In this document: one piece after another, positions 38,968 to 50,808 of the stretch
Position numbering within the stretch: the stretch's first letter is position 1
Layout of the letters: each line of letters starts with the position of its first letter
Origin: Selaginella moellendorffii
Lineage: Eukaryota; Plantae; Lycopodiophyta
Direction of reading: 5' to 3'
Length of the DNA: 64,000 nucleotides
Assembly (NCBI RefSeq): GCF_000143415.4
Contig: NW_003314444.1
Coordinates: forward strand, 68,106 to 132,105
Translations under genes and position numbers: made by a program
Notes under the pieces: model-generated
What the model was told of the DNA's origin: nothing
Seen by the model: the letters and a program-made list of their open reading frames with translations, nothing else
The model's database searches: none

Positions 38968-40538
38968 TGTTAGGATCCTATCCCTTACACCCTAAGCCAA
39001 CTGGCTAAAGGGGTGATCACTTGATTGTAGGGCCCTTTCCTTATCCTATTATCCTGACCTGGTGCCTAACAATCCTCCCCCTCGTCAGGGAATGATCATC
39101 CACGATCATACTTAGGCCACCTTCCGGTCACCATGGTCCTTCTCTTAGGGTCTACCAAACCTTGGTTCTCCCTCTAGATCCACCATGTTGAATATTCCTT
39201 CAGAATATTCCTGCCCCACTTGTCAACCACGAGAATCAAACTGGGCTCCAATACCAATGTTATGATCCGGCGCAAAAAGACAAAGATCTAGTTGCCCAAG
39301 ACTATGCTACGCCACCTCTTGAGGTTCCTCACCACCCAACCACCCCCGAGCTACCTCAAAAGCTCCACTGCGCCGCCGCTCCACGGTGAGCCCTAGGGTA
39401 GGTTAAGTCCCTTACCCTAACATGCCTTAATATACCCTTGAGCCTCCCTTTGACCGACGTTGACCACGTAGTCAAAGCTGGCGCCTAACAATTCTTCCCC
39501 CCCAACAAAGTCCTTGTCCCAAGGACGAGTTGTACCGGTGATCACCCTTTCTGGGGAATCCTGCTCAAGCTCCTGGTCCATCTTCCACAGCCGTATACAT
39601 CAAGAAGGCATTGGGCCCGTCACTCCGAGATAGTACACCTTTCAACTGGCTGACATAAAATACCAGATGAATTTTCACCCCAACTGGCAGCCGCACTCGA
39701 TAAGCCGCTTTACCAATGCGCTCCAGCACTTCATATGGACCAGCATATCGATGGGAAAGTTTATCACTCTTCCCTGTCCGTAAAGGCACCAAGTGTTCCG
39801 CCGCTCACTTGACGGAAGATCACTCGCACAAAGACAAGATCACCCACCTTATATTCCCNNNNNNNNNNNNNNNNNNNNNNNNNNNNNNNNNNNNNNNNNN
39901 NNNNNNNNNNNNNNNNNNNNNNNNNNNNNNNNNNNNNNNNNNNNNNNNNNNNNNNNNNNNNNNNNNNNNNNNNNNNNNNNNNNNNNNNNNNNNNNNNNNN
40001 NNNNNNNNNNNNNNNNNNNNNNNNNNNNNNNNNNNNNNNNNNNNNNNNNNNNNNNNNNNNNNNNNNNNNNNNNNNNNNNNNNNNNNNNNNNNNNNNNNNN
40101 NNNNNNNNNNNNNNNNNNNNNNNNNNNNNNNNNNNNNNNNNNNNNNNNNNNNNNNNNNNNNNNNNNNNNNNNNNNNNNNNNNNNNNNNNNNNNNNNNNNN
40201 NNNNNNNNNNNNNNNNNNNNNNNNNNNNNNNNNNNNNNNNNNNNNNNNNNNNNNNNNNNNNNNNNNNNNNNNNNNNNNNNNNNNNNNNNNNNNNNNNNNN
40301 NNNNNNNNNNNNNNNNNNNNNNNNNNNNNNNNNNNNNNNNNNNNNNNNNNNNNNNNNNNNNNNNNNNNNNNNNNNNNNNNNNNNNNNNNNNNNNNNNNNN
40401 NNNNNNNNNNNNNNNNNNNNNNNNNNNNNNNNNNNNNNNNNNNNNNNNNNNNNNNNNNNNNNNNNNNNNNNNNNNNNNNNNNATCACTTGATTGTAGGGC
40501 CCTTTCCTTATCCTATTATCCTGACCTGGTGCCTAACA
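38968..40538 (-). mobile_element. TRIM with a 104-bp LTR (element D family), containing a nested Ty3 piece
   Basis: LTR 38968-39071, PPT 39072-39082, PBS complement ccaataccaa at ~39248-39257, second LTR ending at 40538. TSD GGCAT at 38963-38967 and 40539-40543. Empty site present at ~63558-63562. Confidence 0.92.
39258..39858 (-). mobile_element. 3' end of another Ty3/Gypsy element (integrase C-terminus, PPT, ~233-bp LTR)
   Basis: [37 protein letters not shown] (GPY/F domain), PPT complement attcttccccccc at 39491, LTR TGTTA..TAACA 39258-39490. The rest is in a gap. Confidence 0.8.
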
Positions 40539-41132
40539 GGCATGGCATTGCTTCAGGCGGCGCAAGATGCTGTCTGTCCAAACGAGATGGCCTCTTTGAG
40601 AGCACGCTTAACACGATTAGCAGCACGACATCGGGGAGCTGATGACAACGCCAATGAGTACGGCAGTGGTCGTAGTGAGGACGAGGGCAACACAAACCTG
40701 TCTTCTGATCAAGGCAGTGCTGCTGCTGGTGACAATAGTAACCGGAAAAGTCCTCCAGGTATGTATTTGAAATTTCATGAGTTGTTTGTTTGTTCTTCAT
40801 TCACTCATTCTAACTTTTTTCCGTGTTTGTTCTGATAGGATCCAACACCAACAGTGCTCCTGCTAGTGGTGGCGGTGCATCGGGAGCTTGAGAAGGAGAG
40901 AATTTGCACGACAACTACTGGCGATCAAGTAGCAGCTGACATGATGACGACGATGAAGTGAGGAAGACATGGTAGCAACCGACAGTGGAGCAAGTATCTT
41001 CTTTCTTCTGTAGTATAGAGCCAGATAATGAAGTTTTTTTTTCTATTTTTTGTTTTTTTTTGTTATGGAATTTGCAAAAAGCACTGTTTAGCCCTACATA
41101 GAGAAAGAATAAAGCTAGTATGTAAGCTTCTT

Positions 41133-41366
41133 CTAGCATTGTCTAATTTTATGTATCTTTGCAACAATCTGTCCATCTTCACATTTTATCTTACAAATGT
41201 CTCCTACTTTTGCTTGCTGTTTGCACAGGAATTCTTGCCATTTTGTATCAGTCTTGAATTTGAAACTTCTATAGTCATTGTTTAGAAGTTCAAACATGAA
41301 TTCACTGTTTTCTTCAAACACAAAAAAGACTTTATCACCATTTTCGCATGAAAAAGAACACTCCAT
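41133..41366 (-). CDS. 77-aa ORF, possibly a minimal B3/pseudobarrel DNA-binding domain
   Basis: KWQEFLCKQQAKVGDICKI resembles the B3 GWxxFVxxxxLxxGD motif. An identical protein is encoded at 62713-62946. Confidence 0.4.
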   Translation of the reverse strand: MECSFSCENGDKVFFVFEENSEFMFELLNNDYRSFKFKTDTKWQEFLCKQQAKVGDICKIKCEDGQIVAKIHKIRQC

Positions 41367-41534
41367 TGATCGTTGAACCCAATCAGGAGAAAGCTATATA
41401 AAGGAAAATTCATTCACAATTAACATGATGAGTAGTTTGTGTTCGTACCTGTAGCCGCATATTCTGGCAAAAGTGGAAGGGTTGTAAAACGAATGCTGTT
41501 TCCATATTTTTTTAACCTAAACCTAATTTCAGTT

Positions 41535-42890
41535 ATGGATTACTGTGGTCGCCTTCCTTTTCTTCCATTTGAGCTAGTGTATAGGATTGCCACTACCAGA
41601 GGCTACAACAACGCTATTTTTTCTTGCCTATCTAAACAATTCTACAGGTGGTGTAACATGGAAACAAACTGGAAGAAGCATTGTCAATGGGATTTTGCAT
41701 TATGCTCACCAATAACCTTTGAAGGCCAACGTGTTGGAACATATAAGGTTTATTTTGTTCATATTCTGTTTTAATATTTAATTTTTTTTTCAATGCAGGA
41801 GGCTTACAAGAGCTGGTATATGACATTCAAAAGATACAACTTTGACATCGTTGTGCAAACCAGGAATATTGTCACTCAATTGAAATCCTATATACATCTC
41901 AAGGCACATGAATTTTTCCCAACAATATTGGGAAGAATGCCCAACCAAATATTAGATGAAGCTGAAAGCGAGTTACACGTGCCACTTCCACAGTCACTGA
42001 GGTGTTTCTTACTATCAAGGAATGGACAGTGTAGTCGTTCTATTTTCGAGGGTTTTGTAAATCAGGAATATGGAGGTTTGATTGGGTGTTACTGGACAAA
42101 CAACACGTTTATGTGTTAAAAANNNNNNNNNNNNNNNNNNNNNNNNNNNNNNNNNNNNNNNNNNNNNNNNNNNNNNNNNNNNNNNNNNNNNNNNNNNNNN
42201 NNNNNNNNNNNNNNNNNNNNNNNNNNNNNNNNNNNNNNNNNNNNNNNNNNNNNNNNNNNNNNNNNNNNNNNNNNNNNNNNNNNNNNNNNNNNNNNNNNNN
42301 NNNNNNNNNNNNNNNNNNNNNNNNNNNNNNNNNNNNNNNNNNNNNNNNNNNNNNNNNNNNNNNNNNNNNNNNNNNNNNNNNNNNNNNNNNNNNNNNNNNN
42401 NNNNNNNNNNNNNNNNNNNNNNNNNNNNNNNNNNNNNNNNNNNNNNNNNNNNNNNNNNNNNNNNNNNNNNNNNNNNNNNNNNNNNNNNNNNNNNNNNNNN
42501 NNNNNNNNNNNNNNNNNNNNNNNNNNNNNNNNNNNNNNNNNNNNNNNNNNNNNNNNNNNNNNNNNNNNNNNNNNNNNNNNNNNNNNNNNNNNNNNNNNNN
42601 NNNNNNNNNNNNNNNNNNNNNNNNNNNNNNNNNNNNNNNNNNNNNNNNNNNNNNNNNNNNNNNNNNNNNNNNNNNNNNNNNNNNNNNNNNNNNNNNNNNN
42701 NNNNNNNNNNNNNNNNNNNNNNNNNNNNNNNNNNNNNNNNNNNNNNNNNNNNNNNNNNNNNNNNNNNNNNNNNNNNNNNNNNNNNNNNNATATATCGTTA
42801 TGACAAAGAAATTTACTCTAGATGTGCCTAATTGCTACCTGTGGTTGGAAAGTATTAACACCACTCATACTTCAAGAGCAAAGCGTTTCA
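41535..42890 (+). pseudogene. SKIP16-like F-box/SMI1-KNR4 gene, copy 1 (partly in a gap)
   Basis: LPFELVYRI..CLSKQF..WKKHCQWDF (F-box); LDEAESELHVPLPQSLRCF..NGQ..GLIGCY (SMI1/KNR4); intron at ~41748-41798. Confidence 0.72.
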
Positions 42891-44191
42891 GAGTTTCTTT
42901 TTTTGACTATCTATATTGATATTAATGTTTTCTCTAGAAGGAAGATATTAAAAGACTTTAGAACTAAACTTTAATGAATTATCTGTCTTAATAAGACGTG
43001 AGGTGTTCATCTAGAACATGCATTAACTTTCTGTGATCCTTGTTGTACTTCTGAAGAGCGCTATGAGGATAGGCAACTTGTGAATGCTCTTGAGCCTATA
43101 CAGCATGTACCTACCATCAATACTTCAAAGTTCAGTTCTGCTGCAAGATCTCATACATCCTCTAACATGACCACATGCTTGTTTTAGACTCTGTCCAAAA
43201 AAATCTCAAATCCTTAGTTTGTTTTGAAAAAGAACAAAAGCAATTCAAGTGAATGATTTCTGTCACTATGTCAATGATGAATATGGGCATAGAGTGACAT
43301 CCAGCTCCGTTGGGATAGATAGTACATTTCGGAGCTGGATTAAATGAATGGATTTAAGTTCACAGGCCTGTGCCTACACTTCCACATTGGAGCCACTTAG
43401 CATGCATGAAAATAAGTTGAGTTAAACCTTGTCCAAACTATTCCTAACAGCAGCTTCGATCTCAGCAGAAGCTTCCTCTAACCATGTGTTCCTGTAGAAA
43501 TCAACGAGTGGAATGATAAACAAAAGCAACAGAGAGAATACACATGCTTCTGAAAGTTTTCACGTTTTGCCTTTGTGCTTCACAAATCTTCCTGAGCTAG
43601 CTTGAGTTGTATAAATAGGAACAACATCTGTCATATGTAACGTTAAACACAACAACAACCTTCAAGTGGGATACAGGTAAACATAGTGCTTTTTAAGTTT
43701 TGCTATCAAAGCTAGAGGAAGTTCTTCGTTTGGGGTATGGTTTTGTCACAGCAGTATGGTGACAGAAAGGCTATCTAGAAGTCCCAATGGTAGAGTCGAC
43801 TTAATGCTACAGGTAAGTCTTGTTCTTTGCTATCACGTCATTCTCATGTGGATCCAGGATACAAAATTTAAGCACCACTACATATCGCTATCTGATCAAT
43901 GACAGCAGTGGCTGGAGAGAGAGAGGAGATTTGGAGTCGGAATCACAGCAGTAGCAGCAGCAGCATCACCAGTGAGAAGATCTCAAGGCCATGAGAATTC
44001 TCCACCAGTTTGGGATCAGTCACATGTACGTAGCGGCCAGGTGAGAAGGGAAGTGCGGGGGACAGGGACGAAGATCTCCTCACATTCAAATATATATAAC
44101 CACAGATACCACCTACTAAAAAATTAACCATAACGGAAGTGCATAGAAAGAAAAATAGGCAGCTAGCCTCTTCCCACTCTTTCATGCACTG

Positions 44192-44303
44192 TGCTCCATG
44201 CACAGTGTGTGAGTGGAATCCCGAATGGGACAGCCTTTCGCTCGATGAGCAGGCCAGACTCAAGGCTCAGCAGGGCATGAAATACGTTTGCCTCGACAGC
44301 TTA
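44192..44303 (+). pseudogene. Captured fragment of an acyl-activating enzyme (AAE1/AAE7-like acyl-CoA ligase)
   Basis: APCTVCEWNPEWDSLSLDEQARLKAQQGMKYVCLDSL matches the plant AAE segment GPxTVCxWxPEWDSLPxxxQAxLxARQGVxY as I recall it. Second copy at ~59733-59845 (-). Confidence 0.7.
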
Positions 44304-44567
44304 CACCAGAATCAACCCATTAGTTTTGGCAGGGTTGGCAACCACCAATTCCAAATTCCAAATGCTGATACGTTTTCTATTTATATGTTACCTCCAAGTC
44401 CTTGGCACTACACTTTTTAGAGCGATTGAAGTAGGGGACATGTTATGGAACACTTTGATATCGGGGTTCATTTACTGAGAATTCCATTAGCCATTTTATC
44501 TTCCAATATTTGTATGTTTTGGAAGTTATAATTTAAAAAGTGTATTCATATTCTAGGGTTTGTAACC

Positions 44568-46071
44568 ATGGCGTGCACACCACATGGAGTGAGGCTTGTC
44601 AGGGAGAATTCAAAAGACGAATTTGTGCTGCGCATCACCGACATTCTTCTGCCGGAAACCAGATCATATGGGCGCATCATAGTTACTGATGGCATAGACA
44701 ACATCGAAGCTGTAGTTTCATCTCATATTACGCAAGCCATGAGAATGGAAATCATACGACCAAACACGTTCTTGAAGTTCACAGACTACGCATTTTATGC
44801 AAACAATGGAAAAGAGTATGCATGTGGTTATATAGTGATTTTCAATTCTATGGTTTTACTTTTCTACAGGACTTTAATTGTTTTGGATGTAATGTATCTT
44901 CATAACAATATCTGGAGTCCAATTCCAACTTACAATATTCAACCCAAATCAAGCAAAGTGAGTAAAATGTCAAAAACAACTTCAGCAAATCTTTTCATTG
45001 AATTTTTCCTTTCATTGTTAAAAAAAAATGGTGCAGGCATCTAAGCGTCATAGTGGTGTATCAAGTGTAAGTCTTTTTTCTTTGGAACCAATTTCACAAA
45101 TTTTCTTTCTTTTTTTAAAAAAATTGTTATTGTAAATGTAGGAGAATGAGTCAAAGCGGCCATTAATTGCTCAAACTGCAATTGCAAGTCTTACAAACCG
45201 TTCATATAAATGGTCATTTAAGGCGAGAGTCACTCACAAGGACACTCTTAGACAATTCACTACAAAACGCACAGGTTGGGTCTTTAATTTTTATGTGGCT
45301 GATTCTGCAAGCAGTGAGATTCGTATAGTCAGCTATGGTGAAACTGCACGTGCGTTGTCAGAAAAAGTTATCCAAGGGGCCATTTATATATTTTCTGGAA
45401 CATGTGGTCTTCGTTCTGCTAGTGAGCTCTACACGCCTTTTCCTGCAACTTGGGAGATACTTGCAGATAAAAAGATGGAGATTATGCCTACAGCAGATGA
45501 TGAATGTATTCCACGTATTGTTCTTCACCGGAAATGTATTGCTGAAATACTTGACATCACTATAAATAGTTACATAGATCTTGTTGGTGTGGTGATATGG
45601 GTAGGATTGACAACTGTAACCCCTCGTGGCGTGGAAAGTTCTAACAAAAGGAGGATGATGACAATATGTGACAACTCTTTTCATAGCGTTGATGTTTGCT
45701 TGTGGGGTGACTATGCCGATGAAGAAGGTAGCCAACTGCTTGAAAATATATCAATTGTGTGCATCAAAGGTGGCCGTATCTGTGAGTTCAACGAAAGATC
45801 AGTATCTGTTACAAATGTTTCAACCTTGGCTATTGATGCCGACTTGGATTTAGTGCAGGAGATGCGTTCTTGGTATCAGAATATGTATGCAAATGCAAAT
45901 ATTACACGAATATCTAACTCCTCATGGAGCATGCCTATTGAGGGAACTTTAACTATTTCGGAACTTGTTTCCCTTCGGCTTAAAGTCTCAGAGCATTCAG
46001 CCATATATATAGTTTATGCAAATATCAAAGAGATTAAAATTGAAGATTTCTGCTATGCTTCCTGCAAACAA
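44568..46071 (+). pseudogene. RPA70-like ssDNA-binding protein, copy 1, truncated in the last OB fold
   Basis: IASLTNRSYKWSFKARVTHK, EIRIVSYG, IDLVGVV, KRRMMTICDNS..VCLWG, CYASC. The sequence switches to a Helitron 5' end at 46078. Confidence 0.88.
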
Positions 46072-46077
46072 CTTATA

Positions 46078-48139
46078 TCTCTGTATAAACTATTATTAAA
46101 CTTATAAATATATTATAGCTTATTATTTATTTATATATATATTCACTTTTGAAACACATGTGATTGCTTCTGAGTGTTCACTTTTGCAAGCCTCAAAGTT
46201 TTTCACCAGGATCATTCCAAAGAACCAAAGTGAAGTAGTGGTCTCCTAAAATTTTGTATATTTAATTCGTTATCATAAATTTAAAGAGCTTTCTAATCAC
46301 TCACAATTCAATAAGTGGGACACAATAAGATGAGGAAGTAGAGAAACTTGATCCATTTCCACAGTTCCACTGGAAGCTGGACAGTGCCAGAGAGTGTTTT
46401 CTTTTTCATCTTGAGCAAAGCTTTTACAAGGCATACTTGACAAAATAATCTTCTAGAAAACAGTACAAACAAGAAGAAACAGGGCGAGAATGGAAAATCA
46501 GTTACTTGCTCCTACTTTGAGTCTGAAAATTGTCTTCAAATTGAAAATCTGAAGATCACTTCCGTCATGCTTCATGAGCAGGGTTCATCAGATCTGGCAC
46601 ACTCATGATACTGTTGTAGACATTGATCACGAACTTAGCTGAGTCAATGACACTTTCTATCTGATTTCTCTTACCCATCACTTTTGAAAGTTTCATTGGA
46701 TTCCATGGTGAGAAACTGCTCGGTAGTCCTGGAGGCCTTTTTTTGAGGACCAGACTCATAACATAGCAGGACCAATACTTTCTCTAGGTGATTCATTCAA
46801 GAGAAAAGCCTATCATATGGCGCAAAGATCCACTTTGGGATTGAACTGGAGTAACTCCAGAGGTGTGACTCATCACACAGCAGCCCTTGCTGACTCATTG
46901 TTCATTTCTGGGTCACATCATCTCCAAAGCCTCATCTTTTGTCACCCTATTTTTGGCGGCTATAACTTGGATATGTCCTCACTGCTCCTCTCAAGGGATG
47001 ACATAACAGCATTTTTCTGGACCCAACCTATAGCATTGCTGGTTCCAGCAGAGACCTCTCTAGGAGTAGATAGTGTCTCCTAGATTTCCAATCCTTCTCC
47101 CGATGAGTAGCAGGCTTCCAGATTGAATGAGCAGTAAAACTTGCTTAGAACTTTCTACCATTACTCAACCCTGAGATACTCTTTGATCCTGGGAGCTGCC
47201 ATGACCACATACTTCTTCCCCAAAGAAAACAATGTTGTGAAAGTAGGGCTTTGCAAGGGAACTCTACTCTGGAAGCATTGAGAGGATAAAAACCAGCACC
47301 TCATGGCTACCTCTGCATGGTATCATTAGATACCATGAATCTAAGCAGTAAGAAAGCTAGGAATGCAGCTAGGAGCATGAATGTTGGGCTAAAGGACCTG
47401 TTTCAAATGGCAAGAGCATGAATGGATATGTCAAGATTCGTGCTTGAGGTCGAGCACTTGCCATGCGGTCATGTCCTCAGTGGGGCAGGACATGGCTACG
47501 CTGTTGTCATTCATGCTTTTCTCTAACTGTTAAAAATATTTTCTACACTAAGAAGCCTTTCTGTTGGCAATATGGCACAGACCGATTGTGCTCCATAGAA
47601 GGTACAAGTCCTCCAAGGCTTCAAGGCTGCAATACCTGCTTGGCTTCAATCAAAACTTGTCTGGGTAAGCTATGACAATGTAAAAACGTTAAATCTATTA
47701 ACCACTTAAGTAACACAAGTTCAGGAAATATTATTAGAACCTAAAAAATGAACAAATATTAATTTAAAGAATCATTAAAGTATATTTTTATATCAGAAAA
47801 CTAATTTACATTTACAGACTTTTATATCTACTTCCCATCAGAGCTGGGATCCCTGATTTTATTTCTGCTGGAATCCCTGCTAATCTTTTTTTCATTTATT
47901 TTTATATAATTACAAATTAAAAGAAAATTAATTATTTGTAAACTTGATTTCTCTTATAAAAGGCTTTGTGATTATTATTACTCTTATAGATTTTATAAAT
48001 GCTCATGATAAATCTTAGAAGCATACAATACACACTAATTTATTCTATGTTGCACTATTAGCTATAACTTTTCTATCTCAGTAAAGTGTTTTCAAAGGTT
48101 TATTTTTGTCTAGGCCAGCGGAGCTGGATTCCTTGCTGA
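46078..48139 (+). mobile_element. Non-autonomous Helitron with unidentified captured sequence and three tandem terminator motifs
   Basis: 5' A|TCTCTGTATAAACTATTATTAAA (same as at 54464 on the minus strand). 3' motifs at 47833-47847, 47867-47883 (CTAA|T) and 48115-48139 (CCAGCGGAGCTGG, 8 nt, CTGA). Confidence 0.68.
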
Positions 48140-48335
48140 GACTCCGTTGATGTTGAATATCCTGAAGATTTCCCAATTAAATTTCTAAGCTCTATCATTC
48201 CCGTTGGACTACCACCACACAAATTGATTCTAAAAGAAGGTTATATAATTATTCTTCTGAGAATATGTTTCCAACAATTGGATTATGCAATGGGACTCGA
48301 CTAATGGTCAAAAGAACTTCACGCTAAAGTTTTTG
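48140..48335 (+). pseudogene. Pif1 helicase fragment from a different Helitron
   Basis: DSVDVEYPEDFPIKFLSSIIPVGLPPHKLILKEG..LLR..GLCNGTRLMVK, frameshifted and divergent from 31300-31480. Confidence 0.85.
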
Positions 48336-48436
48336 ANNNNNNNNNNNNNNNNNNNNNNNNNNNNNNNNNNNNNNNNNNNNNNNNNNNNNNNNNNNNNNNN
48401 NNNNNNNNNNNNNNNNNNNNNNNNNNNNNNNNNNNN

Positions 48437-50275
48437 GAAGACATATGGATGGATTCCTCTTGTGTTTCTATCAAATACCTTTTGTACTTCTGCTTTGTTT
48501 GGTAGGCGATTCTTATTATACTTCTTGCCATTTAGAATCTGTGTTGTGAATACAGTCAATCCTGCATGTGATAGTTTTTTTTGTAAAAAAAAGTAGAGAA
48601 CAAAGAGTATAACATCCACACTTACCCGGTGCAACATTCTTTCTCTTGTTGATTCTTTTAAACTGTTTGACTTTGCTTATATATGTTGTAATCTTTCTTG
48701 AGACCCCATCACTGCTAGCAAAGCCATACATGTATTCTGATGGTGGACACCCAAGCACATCAAGTTTTCGTGCTTGACTGTCAGTTGGAAAGAATCTATC
48801 ACGTTCACAAGGTTTCATTAACCATCTTTTCAAATCTAAATCTAAATTACCTGTCGTTTATCATGAAGTCACGACGGCATATGCGCTTAATTCCTCTTTT
48901 CTCTATTTCACTTGTAGCCTTCATCCACTTCTCCATTTTTTCTGCTTCGTTGCTTCTCTCTGCCATTTCCTTGAGAAAGTATCTATTAACCTAGGTACAC
49001 GTGAAAATGTTTTGAAGCTAGTCTTGTTGTAACTGTTTTTATAATAGAGAATATCTGTTTCATATGTTTAAATTCAAGGTCTTTTCATCACTATGGATAA
49101 ACTTTAAGTGATTATCTTTCTTTGAACTACAGTCTAACCAATGCTAAACAAATGCATCAGAACCCCAGAGCATGAAAGACTTAATGTTCAACAGATGCTG
49201 TACGGAGCTTAGTCTTTTCGTGGATAACACACAAATGCTAGATTGCTTTGGGTTTGAGAGATCTATGGCTTCCTTGTAGATATGCTGGCCTAAGTCTTTT
49301 TTGTTCTTGGTTTAATATGAAGTTCTGACCAAATAGAAATACGTATTAAAGATNNNNNNNNNNNNNNNNNNNNNNNNNNNNNNNNNNNNNNNNNNNNNNN
49401 NNNNNNNNNNNNNNNNNNNNNNNNNNNNNNNNNNNNNNNNNNNNNNNNNNNNNNNNNNNNNNNNNNNNNNNNNNNNNNNNNNNNNNNNNNNNNNNNNNNN
49501 NNNNNNNNNNNNNNNNNNNNNNNNNNNNNNNNNNNNNNNNNNNNNNNNNNNNNNNNNNNNNNNNNNNNNNNNNNNNNNNNNNNNNNNNNNNNNNNNNNNN
49601 NNNNNNNNNNNNNNNNNNNNNNNNNNNNNNNNNNNNNNNNNNNNNNNNNNNNNNNNNNNNNNNNNNNNNNNNNNNNNNNNNNNNNNNNNNNNNNNNNNNT
49701 ATAGCAGTAAAGAGTTGTACCTTTGCAACCAAAATAATCAGGCGACAGAGCTTCCTGAACTGGCCAAATCCGTTTGGCAGACAAAACGCAGTGGTATCAA
49801 GTTATTATTTCGAAATGCAACAAATATCTGGTTCAAATCTCTCCTTTTGATTCTTTGTTATGATTTTCACCAAGACCGCATACTGACAATACTGAATTTC
49901 TCGAGCAGCATAAAAATCAAGAACAAGTAAACAATATCTCACAATTTATTATCTGACATTGGAGTTTTCTCTGGTGCAATGCAAGAACAGAAACTATGTA
50001 TTGGTGTTTTATTGTAGCCATTTGTTCTTACACTTCGGAACTTGCGATGAGAACACGGAAGAGCACTTGGTGATCCACTGAGGAGTCTTTATTATAAGGC
50101 TAATTGACCTCAGTTAAGGTCTCCATATCTATTATTCGTGAGCTTGGCGAGGAGAGACTCAAGCAAGCATTCTGCATGAACCATTCTGTCAGACAGGTTA
50201 GTGCCCTGGGGAGATGCAATATCTGTGGCGTCTAATGCACAGGTACAGCTACTCATGTGCGTCACCATCTCCTAG
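48437..50275 (+). repeat. Direct duplicate of 37083-38927 (Helitron copy 2 segment)
   Basis: Near-identical on both sides of the 49354-49699 gap, with a few SNPs and indels; similarity ends at CCTAG 50275. Confidence 0.95.
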
Positions 50276-50304
50276 TGAATCGCTTTACAATCGAAACTGG
50301 AACT

Positions 50305-50808
50305 CAGGTAGGACTATAAGAGCCTGATGAGTTTTCTATCACTGTATGGAAAATTTCCAAGTACATTTCTTTCAAAGAGTTATAGAGGGTCCTGTGAAAC
50401 ATGTGTCTTTGAGTTCATGTATTTAAATTAACTGCTTGATAGAGTACTCATGTATTCATGTGTGCAAATGAAGATCAAAAGCTTGACAATGAACGTTGCC
50501 TATTTAAAATACACTATATATCTAAAACTTATCTCATACCAGATTATGTCTACTACGAAACACTGGTTTAGTTTGTCATCTTAAGCTGGGCTAAGCATCA
50601 TATTATATGAAATTTTTTATTGCATTGAAACAACTAAACTGGAACAACTAAATCCACAAAAGATGTATTCATCAATCAAGAATTAATAAGAACATCTTGT
50701 TCCTTTTGATTTATTTATTGGGTGCAAACCCCATAATACCATTGCCTATTCCTACCGCAAATCTACCATGAGGGGGATTACCAGCCATATGAATCTTTGC
50801 TTTTGTTG
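50305..50808 (-). repeat. Inverted near-identical copy of 52994-53497 (3' end of the OB-fold gene)
   Basis: About three substitutions seen in ~500 bp; both copies abut N gaps. Confidence 0.93.

Larger units (their letters stand above)
38800..40890 (+). pseudogene. BED-type zinc-finger fragment (hAT-like N-terminus), split by a TRIM
   Basis: NHSVRQVSALGRCNICGV*CTGTATHVRHHLLG. An uninterrupted copy lies at ~63190-63720 (-). Confidence 0.5.
30879..46071 (-). mobile_element. Large cargo-carrying Helitron, copy 1 (3' end defined, 5' part truncated)
   Basis: Minus strand reads CCAGC-AGA-GCTGG, 8 nt, CTAG (30882-30879), T, about 60 bp after the RepHel stop. The upstream block 38525-46071 recurs inverted at 57965-64000. 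The 5' extent is inferred. Confidence 0.8.
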
